NCBI GenBank assembly: GCA_963765205.1
Contig: CAVXVB010000005.1
Coordinates: forward strand, 64,001 to 128,000
Length of the DNA: 64,000 nt
Origin: an uncultured Verrucomicrobiae bacterium
GTDB taxonomy: Bacteria; Verrucomicrobiota; Verrucomicrobiia; Opitutales; JABDGR01
Reading direction: 5' to 3'
The notes beneath the pieces are model-generated. The model made no database searches. It was given only the letters and a program-made list of their open reading frames with translations, and was not told the DNA's origin. Position 1 is the first letter of the stretch, and each line of letters opens with the position of its first letter. The position numbers and the translations under genes are program-made. This document shows positions 48,303-61,129 of this stretch, in pieces.

Positions 48303-49649
48303 ATGCATGTTCTCGAACAAACGTTGGCTGAACGACTCCGCGAAGCGGCCCATCCGCTCACGGATAAAAAACAGGATTACCGGCCGCTATTAAGCCTCAT
48401 CGGTGATGCGCGTTTTGTCCTTCTTGGCGAGGCGACGCATGGGACGCACGAGTTTTATCGGGATCGCGCTCAAATCACCCAACACCTGATCGCTGAAAAG
48501 GGATTCAATGCTGTGGCGATTGAGGGCGACTGGCCGGATGCCTATCGGGTGAATCGTTTTGTTCGCCATGAAGGCGACGATCACGAAGCCATCGAGGCGC
48601 TGGCAGGGTTCAAGCGGTTTCCGCAATGGATGTGGCGGAATGCGGAAGTGCTCGAATTTGTGGAATGGCTGCGGTTGCACAACGACCGCATGGGCGGCAA
48701 CCATTACAAGGCCGGTTTTTACGGGCTGGACCTCTACAGCATGTATGCGTCAAAGGAAGCGGTGCTGTCGTATCTCGACAAGATTGACCCGTCAGCGGCG
48801 CACCGCGCGCGTGACCGCTATGCCTGCTTTGAACATTTCGGCAAGGACGAGCAAGCCTATGGATACGCCCTGCACGCCGGCCTTGCGCTTTCCTGTGAAA
48901 ATGAGGCCGTCAGCCAATTGGTCGAGCTGCGCTTGCGCGCTGCGGATTTGGCCAGTCGTGATGGACGGCTTCCACCCGATGCGCATTTCATCGCCGAGCA
49001 AAATGCCCGGTTGGTCAAAAATGCCGAGGAGTATTACCGAACCATGATTGGCGGACGGGTCTCGTCCTGGAATCTCCGCGACCGGCACATGGTGGAAACG
49101 CTTGACGCGCTCGACACCCATTTAAGCAATCGGGTGGGACGCAGGGCAAAGATTGTGGTTTGGGAGCATAATTCCCATTTGGGCGATGCAAGGGCCACCG
49201 AAATCGGCGCACAGGGTGAGCTAAACGTCGGCCAATTGGTGCGCGAACGTTATCGGCATGAGGCGGCATTGATTGGCTTTAGCACCTATACCGGCACGGT
49301 CACGGCGGCCTCAAACTGGGGCGGGCACGCGGAACGCAAGCATGTCCGCCCGGCCTTGCCTAACAGTTATGAAGCCCTTTTCCACGAAACCGGCCTGCCT
49401 CGTTTTTTCATCAACTTGCGACACGCCAAAAAGTCCATCCCCGAGTTTCATCAAGACCATCTGGAGCGGGCCATCGGGGTTATTTACCGGCCCGGAACAG
49501 AACGCGTCAGTCATTATTTCCGTGCCCGTCTGGCCGATCAATTTGACGGGGTTATTCATATCGACAAAACCTCCGCCGTGGTCCCTTTGGAGCAGGGAGC
49601 CGAATGGGGCGGCGGCGAAATACCCGAGACATTCCCCAGCGGGGTCTAG
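48303..49649 (+). CDS. Erythromycin-esterase-family protein
   Basis: VLLGEATHGTHEFY, AIEGDWPD, GFYGLDLYS, WNLRDRHM, VWEHNSHLGDARAT, ERAIGVIY. Confidence 0.9.
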   Translation: MHVLEQTLAERLREAAHPLTDKKQDYRPLLSLIGDARFVLLGEATHGTHEFYRDRAQITQHLIAEKGFNAVAIEGDWPDAYRVNRFVRHEGDDHEAIEALAGFKRFPQWMWRNAEVLEFVEWLRLHNDRMGGNHYKAGFYGLDLYSMYASKEAVLSYLDKIDPSAAHRARDRYACFEHFGKDEQAYGYALHAGLALSCENEAVSQLVELRLRAADLASRDGRLPPDAHFIAEQNARLVKNAEEYYRTMIGGRVSSWNLRDRHMVETLDALDTHLSNRVGRRAKIVVWEHNSHLGDARATEIGAQGELNVGQLVRERYRHEAALIGFSTYTGTVTAASNWGGHAERKHVRPALPNSYEALFHETGLPRFFINLRHAKKSIPEFHQDHLERAIGVIYRPGTERVSHYFRARLADQFDGVIHIDKTSAVVPLEQGAEWGGGEIPETFPSGV

Positions 49650-49706
49650 CGTCAATTGAACCATCCTATCGCAATCCAATTCTCTCGTCCTCAAAAAACT
49701 CTCCCC

Positions 49707-52136
49707 ATGACCCCATCCTATGCGCCGGAAAGTTACATCCGACCGTTTGCCTCCATCGGCCTCGCCGATTTGAAATATGTCGGCGGTAAGAATGCTTCCC
49801 TCGGCGAACTTTACAACCATCTGGCTTCGGCAGGCGTCGTCGTCCCCGATGGCTTCGCAGTTACCGCCAAGGTCTATTGGGATTTTCTGGATGAGAACAA
49901 GCTGCGCGAACCCATTGCGAAACTGCTCGCGGGCCTAAACCGCCAGGACTTTTCCAATCTCAAGGAAACCGGCGCGGCGATTCGCTTCCTCCTGCTCAAA
50001 GGCACTCTCCCACCGGACGCGGGAAAAGCGATACGAGAAGCATACATGCGAATGAACGCCAAAGCAGGTCGGATGGCTTCGGTTGCTGTCCGTAGCAGCG
50101 CCACGGCTGAAGACCTGCCCACGGCCAGCTTTGCGGGACAACATGAATCATATCTAAACGTGGAAGGGCCCGAAATGCTTCTGGAAAGCATTCGCAAATG
50201 CTTTGTTTCGCTCTTTAATGACCGGGCGATAAAATACCGCGAAGACAACGGTTTTCCGCACCTGTCAGTGGCGCTTTCCGTTGGCGTGCAAAAGATGGTC
50301 CGGGCCGATCTTGGTTCTGCCGGCGTTATCTTTACCTTGGAACCGGAAACCGGGTTCAAAGACATCGTGCTCGTAACCGGTTCGTGGGGGTTGGGGGAAA
50401 ATATCGTGCAGGGTGCGATCAACCCCGATGAGTTTTATGTGTTCAAGCCATCCTTCCGCCGGGGAAAAAAAGCCATCGTGCGAAAGCGGCTGGGCAGCAA
50501 GGCCAAGACTATGGGCTACGTCGATGGCGCAACGGGCACGGGAACGGTGAACCTTGACACTCCGCCCGACAAGCAAGCTGAGTTTGTGCTTTTAGATAAG
50601 GAAATCATTCAACTCACCAAATGGGCTTTGGCCATTGAACAGCATTATAAGCAACCGATGGATATCGAATGGGCCAAAGATGGCATGACCGGCGAGTTGT
50701 ATATCGTGCAAGCTCGGCCGGAAACCGTACAGCAACGCCGGAGTCCGTATGTTTCCAAGGAATACAGGCTGACAGCAAAGGGGAAAGTCCTCGCGGAAGG
50801 AAGCGCCATCGGCGGAAAGATTGTATCGGGAACCGCGCGCATTTTGCATGACGCTTCGCAAAGCGACAAACTGCAACCTGGCGACGTGTTGGTGACGGAA
50901 ATCACCAATCCCGACTGGGATGTCATCATGAAACGAGCCAGCGCCATCGTGACCAACCGCGGCGGGCGCACCAGCCATGCCGCCATCGTCGCACGGGAAT
51001 TGGGAATCGCCGCCGTCGTTGGCGCCACGGATGCGACGCAGAAAATCCGTGACGGCCAGGAGGTCACCGTCTGCTGTTCACAGGGAGAAAAAGGCGTCAT
51101 TTATGAAGGCCGGTTGGCTTGGAATGAAAAAGCCTACGATTACCGAAACATTCGCCAGCCCGAAACCCATCCGCTGCTGATTACGGCAGACCCCGACCAG
51201 GCTTTCCGCCTTTCATTTTTGCCTTCGGCTGGGGTGGGCTTAATGCGGCTGGAATTTGCCATCTCCAATTCCATCCGCATTCATCCGATGGCCTTGGTGA
51301 AATACAAGGAATTGAAAGACCCTGCGGCACGGGCGGAGATCGCGGCGCTGACCCGGCAGTATCCAGACAAAGAACAATATTTCGTGGAAAAGCTGGCTGA
51401 GGCCGTGGCCACGATGGCCTGCGCCTTTTATCCCCGTGAAGTCATCGTGCGCATGAGTGATTTCAAGACCAACGAATACGCCAACCTCATCGGCGGAAAA
51501 CAGTTCGAGCCGCAGGAGGAAAACCCCATGATTGGATTTCGGGGTGCCTCGCGCTACTACGATGACCGCTACCGCGAAGGGTTCCGCCTTGAATGTGAAG
51601 CCATGCGCCATGTGCGCAACGAAATGGGCTTGGAGAATGTCAAACTGATGATTCCTTTCTGTCGCACGGTCGCGGAAGGCAAAAAGGTGCTGGCGACCAT
51701 GGCCGCCTCGGGCCTCCGCCGGGGTGAAAACGGGCTGGAAATCTACGTCATGGCCGAGATTCCCTCGAATGTCGTGCTGGCGGACAAGTTCGCCGCCATT
51801 TTCGACGGTTTTTCCATTGGCTCGAACGACCTTACCCAGCTCACGCTCGGCATTGACCGCGATAACGCCACCATCAGCCATCTGTTCAATGAAAAGGACG
51901 ATGCCGCGAAAGCTCTTATAGCCCAGCTTATCGCCCAGGCCAAGCAAGCGGGGGTGCATGTCGGGCTTTGCGGCCAGGCCCCCAGTGATTTTCCCGACTA
52001 TGCCAAATTTCTCGTGGAATGTGGGATTGAAAGTATTTCCTTTAATCCCGATGCCCTCATCAAGGGCATTGAAAATATGCTGCTGGCCGAAAGCCAGTTG
52101 CAAAAGAAACCTTCGGCTTCTGCTCTCATTGCATGA
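49707..52136 (+). CDS. ppsA: Phosphoenolpyruvate synthase
   Basis: VGGKNASLGE, VAVRSSATAED, DIEWAKDG, GGRTSHAAI (phospho-His), FSIGSNDLTQ, GLCGQAPS. Confidence 0.95.
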   Translation: MTPSYAPESYIRPFASIGLADLKYVGGKNASLGELYNHLASAGVVVPDGFAVTAKVYWDFLDENKLREPIAKLLAGLNRQDFSNLKETGAAIRFLLLKGTLPPDAGKAIREAYMRMNAKAGRMASVAVRSSATAEDLPTASFAGQHESYLNVEGPEMLLESIRKCFVSLFNDRAIKYREDNGFPHLSVALSVGVQKMVRADLGSAGVIFTLEPETGFKDIVLVTGSWGLGENIVQGAINPDEFYVFKPSFRRGKKAIVRKRLGSKAKTMGYVDGATGTGTVNLDTPPDKQAEFVLLDKEIIQLTKWALAIEQHYKQPMDIEWAKDGMTGELYIVQARPETVQQRRSPYVSKEYRLTAKGKVLAEGSAIGGKIVSGTARILHDASQSDKLQPGDVLVTEITNPDWDVIMKRASAIVTNRGGRTSHAAIVARELGIAAVVGATDATQKIRDGQEVTVCCSQGEKGVIYEGRLAWNEKAYDYRNIRQPETHPLLITADPDQAFRLSFLPSAGVGLMRLEFAISNSIRIHPMALVKYKELKDPAARAEIAALTRQYPDKEQYFVEKLAEAVATMACAFYPREVIVRMSDFKTNEYANLIGGKQFEPQEENPMIGFRGASRYYDDRYREGFRLECEAMRHVRNEMGLENVKLMIPFCRTVAEGKKVLATMAASGLRRGENGLEIYVMAEIPSNVVLADKFAAIFDGFSIGSNDLTQLTLGIDRDNATISHLFNEKDDAAKALIAQLIAQAKQAGVHVGLCGQAPSDFPDYAKFLVECGIESISFNPDALIKGIENMLLAESQLQKKPSASALIA

Positions 52137-53119
52137 AAACACTGGTTTACAGCATCCATCAATTTGAAAAGCCGTTTCTGGCTGAAGCTGCGGCTGGCAA
52201 GCATGAGTTGAAACTGCTTGATGTCGCGCTGACGGCGCAAACCGCCCAGGCAGCGTCGGGCTTTGGGGCCGCAGCCATTTTCACGGCGGATGATGCCTCT
52301 GCGCTGGTGCTTGATTTACTGAGTCGCGCGGGCATCCGTTACATTGCTATCCGTGCCGCTGGCTATGACAATATTGACCTCAAGCACGCCGCCGCCCTTG
52401 GAATCAAGGTGGCCAATGTGCCGGCTTATTCGCCCAATTCCGTGGCCGAGCATACTGTGGCACTCATGCTGGCGCTGAATCGGAAGCTGGTTCTTTCCGA
52501 CCGCCAAGTTCATGCTTGGAACTTTTGTCTCGATAACCTCGTCGGCTTTGATTTGAGCGGGAAAGCCGTGGGCATCATCGGCACGGGCAGGATTGGCGCG
52601 ACTTTGGCCCGCATCTTGCATGGTTTCGGCTGCCGATTACTCGCCTACGATGTGGTGAAAAACGAGCAGTTGAGGATGTTCTATGGGCTCGAATACGTCC
52701 CATTGTCGGAACTATGTCGGCAGTCTGACATCATTACACTGCATACATCGCTTAATGCCAGCACCTGGCATCTTGTGGATGAGACACATATTGGCCTGAT
52801 GAAGAAAGGCGTCATGCTGATTAACACCTGCCGTGGCCCGGTATTGAAAACCGACGCGGTCATCTCGGCGCTCGAATCCGGGAAAATCGGCGCATTGGGC
52901 TTGGATGTATATGAATTTGAAAAAGGTATCTTTTTTGCAGACCAATCCAACCGTTCCGTGCGCGACGAACGCTTGGCCCGGCTCCTGGCCTTTCCCAATG
53001 TGCTAGTCACGGGCCATCAGGCGTTTCTCACGCGAGAAGCCCTGCAAAATATAGCCGTCGGGACGGTGCAAAATCTCGATTGTTGGGAAAAGGGGGCATC
53101 TTCTCCGAATGAATTGTAA
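52133..53119 (+). CDS. ldhA: D-lactate / D-2-hydroxyacid dehydrogenase
   Basis: VPAYSPNSVAEH, GIIGTGRIG, INTCRG, LGLDVYE.E, NVLVTGHQAFLT. Confidence 0.85.
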   Translation: MKTLVYSIHQFEKPFLAEAAAGKHELKLLDVALTAQTAQAASGFGAAAIFTADDASALVLDLLSRAGIRYIAIRAAGYDNIDLKHAAALGIKVANVPAYSPNSVAEHTVALMLALNRKLVLSDRQVHAWNFCLDNLVGFDLSGKAVGIIGTGRIGATLARILHGFGCRLLAYDVVKNEQLRMFYGLEYVPLSELCRQSDIITLHTSLNASTWHLVDETHIGLMKKGVMLINTCRGPVLKTDAVISALESGKIGALGLDVYEFEKGIFFADQSNRSVRDERLARLLAFPNVLVTGHQAFLTREALQNIAVGTVQNLDCWEKGASSPNEL

Positions 53120-53161
53120 ACCAAGGGTTGTTTGAAATTTTTCAAAAAAAGTGTTACTCCC

Positions 53162-53698
53162 ATGACCAAAAAGAATCTTCCGCTCTCTAAAATCTATGGC
53201 CTGCTCGAATCTGGTCCGGTCGTGATGATTACGACGGCAGCAAAAGGCAAAGCCAATATCATGACGATGTCCTGGCATACGATGATGGACTTTGAGCCGC
53301 CGCTGGTCGGTTTGGTTATCGGTGAAGGGAGCCTGACTTTCTCCAACCTATTGAAGGCCAAAGAATGCGTTATCAACATTCCAACTGTGGAATTGGCGAA
53401 CCAAGTCGTGGGTTGCGGAAACGCCTCCGGGCGAGATACTGACAAGATCAAAGTTTATCATCTGACAACTGCGGCGGCTTCCTGTGTCAAACCGCCTCTG
53501 ATTGACGAATGTTATGCCAATCTTGAATGTAAGCTCGTGGATTCCAAAATGGCGTCGCGATATAATTTTTTCGTCGTCGAGGTAGTCAAAGCATGGATTA
53601 ACCCTTCGTGTAAAAATCCAAAAACAGTTCACCACCTCGGCTGGGGCCACTTCATGGTCGCGGGCAAGACTATCAGGCTCCCCTCCCGGATGAGATAA
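53162..53698 (+). CDS. Flavin-reductase-family protein
   Basis: LLESGPVVMITT, NIMTMSWH, INIPT, PLIDECYANLEC. Confidence 0.8.
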   Translation: MTKKNLPLSKIYGLLESGPVVMITTAAKGKANIMTMSWHTMMDFEPPLVGLVIGEGSLTFSNLLKAKECVINIPTVELANQVVGCGNASGRDTDKIKVYHLTTAAASCVKPPLIDECYANLECKLVDSKMASRYNFFVVEVVKAWINPSCKNPKTVHHLGWGHFMVAGKTIRLPSRMR

Positions 53699-53826
53699 AC
53701 AACACTGTGAGAGATGGGCTTAATACAAAGCGAGCGAATGCACTTGAGGGCGAATTCTCCTGGAACTAATCTAATGCTTGCTAAGTGCCAGTGGAGTGAA
53801 ACACCCATCGCAAACTGGAGGCCAAA

Positions 53827-54189
53827 ATGCCCATTCAAATCAAAGATGAAAACGACGGGAAGATAATGGTCATTCACGTTACCGGAAAGGTAGTGAAGGC
53901 CGATTACGGGCCTTTTGTGCCCGAGTTCGAGCGACTTCTGGCCGCACACGGAAAATTGCGCGTGCTGTTTGACCTAACCGGCTTTCACGGTTGGGACGCG
54001 GGCGCGGCTTGGGAAGACATCAAATTCGACATCAAACATTATGCCGACATCGAACGGCTGGCGATCATCGGAGAAAAGAAATGGCATCATGGCATGGCGG
54101 TATTTTTCAAGCCGTTCACCAAGGCGACGATCCAATATTTCGACCACGCTGCTGCCGCTGAGGCAAGGAAGTGGTTGGAAACGGCGTAG
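53827..54189 (+). CDS. SpoIIAA-like (STAS/SEC14) domain protein
   Basis: V.GKV.KADY, GKLRVLFD, W.D.KF..KH..IERLAIIG. Confidence 0.8.
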   Translation: MPIQIKDENDGKIMVIHVTGKVVKADYGPFVPEFERLLAAHGKLRVLFDLTGFHGWDAGAAWEDIKFDIKHYADIERLAIIGEKKWHHGMAVFFKPFTKATIQYFDHAAAAEARKWLETA

Positions 54190-55659
<1,470 letters not shown>

Positions 55660-55660
55660 T

Positions 55661-56065
55661 ATGCCGCCAACCCTCATGAATCTTAAGGTGCTGCTGCCCT
55701 TCCAAATCTTCGTCGAAAAAACCGGCGTATTGCGCATCGTCACGGAGACGCGCGAGGGATCGTTTGGTCTCTTGCCGCACCGGCTCGATTGCGTGGCGGC
55801 CCTCACGCCCGGAATACTGCTTTATGAAACTGAAGCGGAGGGTGAGGTCTATCTCGCCGTGGATGGCGGGGTGTTGGTCAAGACCGGTCCGGAGGTGCTT
55901 GTTTCCGTGCGGCGGGCCATGGGCGGGGCGGACCTTGGCCAATTACGCAATGCGGTCGTGCAAGAATTTTTGACCCTGGATGAACATGAGCAAAGCATGC
56001 GCACAGTCATGGCGAAATTGGAAACCGGATTTTTGCGCCGCTTCGCAAAATTACAACATGAGTGA
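55661..56065 (+). CDS. atpC: N-type ATPase epsilon subunit
   Basis: EGSFGLLPH, LAVDGG, and its position after atpD. Confidence 0.9.
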   Translation: MPPTLMNLKVLLPFQIFVEKTGVLRIVTETREGSFGLLPHRLDCVAALTPGILLYETEAEGEVYLAVDGGVLVKTGPEVLVSVRRAMGGADLGQLRNAVVQEFLTLDEHEQSMRTVMAKLETGFLRRFAKLQHE

Positions 56066-56393
56066 CGAGCCAAAGCATGTCTCAAGAATCGCGCCAACCC
56101 TTGCCGGGCAGGTTGGCGCGAAGGCGGCGCGTAAGATAAAGGCGCAGCGCAACCCCATTCCCGGTGTCTGGATGGGATTGGGCCGAATGGGACTGATTGG
56201 CTGGTCCGTGGTTATCCCGACCCTGCTGGGTGCGGCGCTGGGAATCTGGCTGGACCGGCATTTTCCGGGAAGCCATTCCTGGACGCTGGCGTTGTTGGTT
56301 GCCGGACTCGTGATTGGATGTTTCAATGCGTGGCGTTGGGTCGCCAAGGAAGGCGAGGCCATGGAGGCGGAACAGGAGGACAACCATGAATGA
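56058..56393 (+). CDS. atpQ: AtpQ (AtpI/AtpZ-like)
   Basis: GLIGWSVVIPTLLG..LG.WLD, and its position in the N-ATPase operon. Confidence 0.85.
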   Translation: MSDEPKHVSRIAPTLAGQVGAKAARKIKAQRNPIPGVWMGLGRMGLIGWSVVIPTLLGAALGIWLDRHFPGSHSWTLALLVAGLVIGCFNAWRWVAKEGEAMEAEQEDNHE

Positions 56394-56700
56394 AACCCTA
56401 ACCTTGGTGCTGGCATGGGCGGCGGGCGTGATGCTCGGCGCGATTTTCTTTGGCGGCCTTTGGTGGACGGTTCGCAAGGGCATGGCGTCCCCGCGTCCGG
56501 TGCTTTGGTTCCTGGGCAGCCTGGTGCTGCGGATGTGCATGGTCCTGGCTGGATTTTATTTGGTTGGGAAGAATGATTGGAGGCGGCTGTTGCTGTGTCT
56601 TTTGGGATTCATCATGGCGCGTTTCGTGGTAATCAGGGTGACTCGGCCAACGGGGGAAACCCCCATGCGTCCGGCAAAGGAGGCCAGCCATGCGCCTTAG
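56386..56700 (+). CDS. atpR: AtpR
   Basis: GAIFFGGLWWTV..., SLVLR; N-ATPase-specific membrane subunit. Confidence 0.85.
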   Translation: MNETLTLVLAWAAGVMLGAIFFGGLWWTVRKGMASPRPVLWFLGSLVLRMCMVLAGFYLVGKNDWRRLLLCLLGFIMARFVVIRVTRPTGETPMRPAKEASHAP

Positions 56701-57385
56701 TCCCGACGAGATGATTTTCTGGCAACACGGCTTGCTCAAACTCAACGCCACCGTTGTGTTTACATGGGGACTGATGCTCTTGCTGACCATCGGCTCAATC
56801 CTTATTACCCGCAACCTTTCCACGGAACTGCAACGATCCCGCTGGCAGAATCTATTGGAAATCGTCGTCACCGCCATCGAGAAACAGATTGAAGACGTGG
56901 GCCTTCGCCAGCCCAAGAAATATCTTGGATTTCTAGGCACGCTCTTTCTGTTTATTGCCACGGCCAGCCTTTGCACCGTCATTCCCGGCTACGAATCGCC
57001 CACCGGCTCGCTTTCGACCACCGCGGCGCTCGCGCTGAGTGTATTTGTCGCCGTCCCATTTTTCGGCATCGAGGAACAAGGCTTGGGCGGCTACCTCAAG
57101 TCCTACGTGGAGCCGACGATCATCATGTTGCCATTTAACATCATCAGCGAGCTTTCACGCACGCTGGCGATGGCCGTCCGCCTCTTTGGCAATATGATGA
57201 GCGGGGCCATGATTGTAGGCATTCTGCTCACGATTGCGCCATTTCTCTTTCCCATTTTGATGACGGTGCTCGGTCTGCTCACCGGCATGGTGCAAGCCTA
57301 CATATTCAGCATTCTGGCCACCGTTTACATCGCGGCGGCCACGCGCACACGCCAGCCCAAGCTAGGGCAAGTGTCCGCAACTTGA
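56690..57385 (+). CDS. atpB: ATPase subunit a
   Basis: SRTLAMAVRLFGN, VQAYIFSIL. Confidence 0.95.
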   Translation: MRLSPDEMIFWQHGLLKLNATVVFTWGLMLLLTIGSILITRNLSTELQRSRWQNLLEIVVTAIEKQIEDVGLRQPKKYLGFLGTLFLFIATASLCTVIPGYESPTGSLSTTAALALSVFVAVPFFGIEEQGLGGYLKSYVEPTIIMLPFNIISELSRTLAMAVRLFGNMMSGAMIVGILLTIAPFLFPILMTVLGLLTGMVQAYIFSILATVYIAAATRTRQPKLGQVSAT

Positions 57386-57415
57386 AACGACAACCCATCA
57401 ACCCAAGGACATACC

Positions 57416-57697
57416 ATGGACAGCTTGACCCTCATTGCCGCCGCCTCAATCGTTACGGCGGGCCTCACGACTGGCGTGGGGTGCATGGCACCCGCGCTTG
57501 CCGAAGGCCGATCGGTGGCGACGGCGCTGACGGCGCTGGCGCAGCAACCCGACGCCTCCGCCACCATCACCCGGACATTATTCGTTGGCTTGGCGATGAT
57601 CGAGTCCACGGCCATCTACTGTTTCGTGGTCTCGATGATTCTCATTTTCGCCAACCCGTTCTGGAACCACGTTATTGCCCAAACTGCGGGAAAGTAA
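57416..57697 (+). CDS. atpE: ATPase subunit c with Na+-type ligand set
   Basis: PALAEG in helix 1, QQP loop, IESTAIY in helix 2. Confidence 0.95.
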   Translation: MDSLTLIAAASIVTAGLTTGVGCMAPALAEGRSVATALTALAQQPDASATITRTLFVGLAMIESTAIYCFVVSMILIFANPFWNHVIAQTAGK

Positions 57698-57700
57698 CCC

Positions 57701-58519
57701 ATGCTGATTGATTGGTTCACCGTCGGTGCGCAAGTGCTGAACTTCCTCATTCTAGTGTGGTTGTTAAAGCGCTTTCTCTACAAACCCGTCCTTGCCGCCA
57801 TTGACGCGCGGGAGCGGCGAATCGCCGCGGAAATTGCGGACGCGGACGCCAAGAAGGCCGAGGCCCAAAAAGAGCGCGATGAGTTCCAGCGCAGGAACTT
57901 GGAATTCGATGCGCAACGCGCCGTCCTCTTGAGCCGCGCGACTGACGAGGTGAAAGCGGAACGGCAGCGGCGCCTCGACGCGGCGCGGCAGGCAGCGGAC
58001 GATTTGAGTTCGAAACGACAGGAATCGCTGAGAAACGACGCCCAAAATCTGAATCAATCCCTTAGTCGGCGAACCCAGCAGGAGGTGTTTGCCATCGCGC
58101 GAAAGGTGCTGGCGGACCTTGCCTCCGCCAACTTGGAAGAACGGCTCGGCGAGGTGTTTATCAGCCGCTTGCGGGCGATGAACGGAAAGGCGAAAGAAGA
58201 CCTCGCCGCAGCCCTCAAGACCGCGTCTGGCCCCGCCCTTGTCCGCAGTGCCTTTGATCTGCCGGCGGGGCAACGCGCTGTGATACAAAAAGCGCTCAAT
58301 GAAACTTTTTCGGCTGATATTCGCGTCCGGTTTGAAACCACCCCGGACTTGGTCAGCGGAATCGAACTCACCACCAACGGACAAAAGGTGGCCTGGAGCA
58401 TCGCGGATTACCTCATATCGCTTGAAAAGGGCGTCGGTGAGCTCCTAAGCCAGCAAGCCAAGGTCGCGCCTTCATCCGAGGTCAAGACTGCGCCGCCAAC
58501 TATTCCCGCTGGCCAATGA
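57701..58519 (+). CDS. atpF: ATPase subunit b with delta-like extension
   Basis: [24 protein letters not shown], coiled coil, C-terminal LVSGIEL. Confidence 0.9.
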   Translation: MLIDWFTVGAQVLNFLILVWLLKRFLYKPVLAAIDARERRIAAEIADADAKKAEAQKERDEFQRRNLEFDAQRAVLLSRATDEVKAERQRRLDAARQAADDLSSKRQESLRNDAQNLNQSLSRRTQQEVFAIARKVLADLASANLEERLGEVFISRLRAMNGKAKEDLAAALKTASGPALVRSAFDLPAGQRAVIQKALNETFSADIRVRFETTPDLVSGIELTTNGQKVAWSIADYLISLEKGVGELLSQQAKVAPSSEVKTAPPTIPAGQ

Positions 58520-60105
58520 ACCCAATGCCGGAAAATTTGCAAAGTGTTTTCGACCGCACCTTCGCTGGAATAAGCCAGGTGCGGGCGACTATTATGCCGC
58601 AATTAACACCGCATGAGGTGGGCACCATAACGAATATTTCCACGGGTATCGCCAGAGTTTCCGGTCTTCCTAGCGTGGGGTTTGAGGAGCTGGTCAAATT
58701 TCCGGGCGATGTGTTTGGCATCGCGTTCAACGTGGACGAGGACGAAGTCGGCGTTGTGTTGCTGGGCGAATACTGGCATCTGAACGCCGGTGACGAAGTC
58801 GAACGAACTGGCCGGGTCATGGACGTGGCCGTTGGCGAGGGATTGCTGGGACGGGTCATTGACCCGCTCTGTCGGCCTCTCGACGGCAAGGGACCGGTGG
58901 TCGCCAACGAACGGCTCCCAATTGAGCGCCCCGCAGCACCCATTATGGATCGCGCGCCGGTCACGGTGCCTCTCCAAACCGGGTTAAAAGTCATTGACGC
59001 GTTAATTCCCATTGGGCGCGGCCAGCGCGAATTGATTTTGGGCGACCGGCAGACCGGCAAGACCGCCATCGCACTCGACACCATTCTCAACCAGAGGGGG
59101 CGGAATGTCATTTGCGTCTATTGCGCCATTGGTCAACGCGCTTCTGCGGTGGCGAAGGCCGTGGCGGTCTTGCGCGAGAAGGGTGCAATGGATTATACCA
59201 TCGTGGTCGTGACCGAGGGCAACGACCCGCCTGGTCTCGCTTTCATTGCTCCTTACGCCGCCACCAGCATCGCGGAGCATTTTATGGATGCGGGTCGCGA
59301 CGTGTTGATCGTTTATGACGACCTTACGCAACACGCCCGCGCCTATCGCGAGCTTTCCCTGCTGCTCCGCCGCCCGCCCGGCCGTGAAGCCTTCCCCGGC
59401 GATATTTTCTATATTCATTCGCGATTGCTGGAACGGGCCACGCATTTACGCACAGAACTGGGCGGCGGCTCGCTCACCGCACTACCCATTGTCGAGACTG
59501 ACGCGCAGAATATTTCCGCCTACATTCCCACCAACCTGATTTCCATCACGGATGGGCAGATTTACCTCTCGCCGTCGTTGTTTGAATTGGGGGTGCTGCC
59601 CGCAGTCGATGTGGGCCAATCTGTTTCGCGCGTGGGCGGCAAAGCCCAACTTGCGGCTTATCGCGCGGTGGCGGGTGACCTCAAGCTTGCCTATGCGCAA
59701 TTTGAGGAACTTGAGACTTTTGCCCGATTTGGGGCGCGTCTGAACGAAGACACCCGCAAGGTCATTGAGCATGGACGGCGAATCCGCGCCTGTCTGAAAC
59801 AATCGGAATTTTCCCCGGTTTCCGTGCCCGCCCAAATCGCCGTTCTCTTGGCGCTATCCGAAGGATTTTTCGACTTGGTGCCGATTGACCGAATGAGGGA
59901 AGCCGAGCACGCCGTGCATGAGGCGGCGGCGAGCATCCCGACCGATGTTTGCGCGCGACTTGAAACTGATGAAAAGTTGGATGAGAAAAACCGCAAAAGA
60001 ATAATCGAGATCGCGCGCTTGGCGCTTAGCAGATACCAACCTGAGTCGAAAGTCCAAACAGCGGTCAACCCCGGTCCCAAAACGGCATTGGAGGAGAATT
60101 CATGA
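58516..60105 (+). CDS. atpA: ATPase alpha subunit
   Basis: [36 protein letters not shown]. Confidence 0.95.
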   Translation: MNPMPENLQSVFDRTFAGISQVRATIMPQLTPHEVGTITNISTGIARVSGLPSVGFEELVKFPGDVFGIAFNVDEDEVGVVLLGEYWHLNAGDEVERTGRVMDVAVGEGLLGRVIDPLCRPLDGKGPVVANERLPIERPAAPIMDRAPVTVPLQTGLKVIDALIPIGRGQRELILGDRQTGKTAIALDTILNQRGRNVICVYCAIGQRASAVAKAVAVLREKGAMDYTIVVVTEGNDPPGLAFIAPYAATSIAEHFMDAGRDVLIVYDDLTQHARAYRELSLLLRRPPGREAFPGDIFYIHSRLLERATHLRTELGGGSLTALPIVETDAQNISAYIPTNLISITDGQIYLSPSLFELGVLPAVDVGQSVSRVGGKAQLAAYRAVAGDLKLAYAQFEELETFARFGARLNEDTRKVIEHGRRIRACLKQSEFSPVSVPAQIAVLLALSEGFFDLVPIDRMREAEHAVHEAAASIPTDVCARLETDEKLDEKNRKRIIEIARLALSRYQPESKVQTAVNPGPKTALEENS

Positions 60106-60992
60106 GTGACACCACCGCCAGCCTGCGCCGCAAGATAACCAGTGCCGGAGAACTTCGATCCGTCGTCCGCACGATGAAAGCGATGGCGGCGTCAAGCATT
60201 GGCCAATACGAGAAATCGGTGCGTGCGTTGGCGGACTATTATCGGGCCGTGGAATTGGGATTGGGCGCGTGCTTCCGGGAAAGCGACCTGGCCGCCCTTG
60301 TAAGTGGGCGGGAGCGACAATCCGTTGCAAGTGAAATCGGCGCTGTCGTCTTTGGGTCTGACCAGGGACTGGTGGGGCAGTTTAATGAGGTGGTGGCCGA
60401 TTATGCAATCAGCACCCTTGCTACACTACCCGGCAAACCTAAAATTTGGGCGGTGGGTGCGCGCGTTCATGCGCACCTGGCGGATGCAGATTTTCCATTG
60501 GCAAGACTCTTTTCCGTCCCCAATTCCGTTCAGGCCATCACTTCGCTCATTGAACAGATTCAAATTGAATGCGAAGCGCATCGGGCAAAAAGCGAGAATG
60601 CGCGAGTTTATGTGTTCCATAATCGCCCGCGGTTTGGTTCGCTCTACGAACCGGTCAGCCAGCGGTTGTTGCCCCTCGACACGCCTTGGCAGCAAGGTCT
60701 CGCCAAATGCCGCTGGCCGACGAAAAACTTGCCCGAGGTGATGCGCGGAGGAACGGCGACGCTGCGCGCGCTCATCCACGAATATCTTTTTATATCGCTA
60801 TTTCGTGCGTGCGCCGAATCCCTGGCGAGTGAAAATGCCAGCCGTCTGGCGGCCATGGAACACGCGGAGAAAAATATCGAGGGGCTACTGGAGGGTCTCC
60901 ATGGCACGTTCAATCGTTTGCGTCAGCAAGGTATTGACGAGGAGCTTTTCGACGTGATTGCCGGCTTCGAGGCGCAAGTTGGACCGCGTTAA
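60102..60992 (+). CDS. atpG: ATPase gamma subunit
   Basis: [32 protein letters not shown]. Confidence 0.95.
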   Translation: MSDTTASLRRKITSAGELRSVVRTMKAMAASSIGQYEKSVRALADYYRAVELGLGACFRESDLAALVSGRERQSVASEIGAVVFGSDQGLVGQFNEVVADYAISTLATLPGKPKIWAVGARVHAHLADADFPLARLFSVPNSVQAITSLIEQIQIECEAHRAKSENARVYVFHNRPRFGSLYEPVSQRLLPLDTPWQQGLAKCRWPTKNLPEVMRGGTATLRALIHEYLFISLFRACAESLASENASRLAAMEHAEKNIEGLLEGLHGTFNRLRQQGIDEELFDVIAGFEAQVGPR

Positions 60993-61129
60993 CAACGCAC
61001 CCAAATTGGATAGATAGGCGTAATGGAATGAACTCATAGTGCTTACCTAATTTGGGGACTTATATACAAAGTTACCCCAAAGGTAACGCATTAAGCCCGA
61101 AGGGCTTAGGGGGTGCGCTGTGAGCGCGC

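Noticed and set aside
48303..49649. Macrolide-resistance gene
   Set aside because: Motifs fit the broad uncharacterised esterase-like subfamily found in stress contexts. Nothing indicates it is EreA/B.
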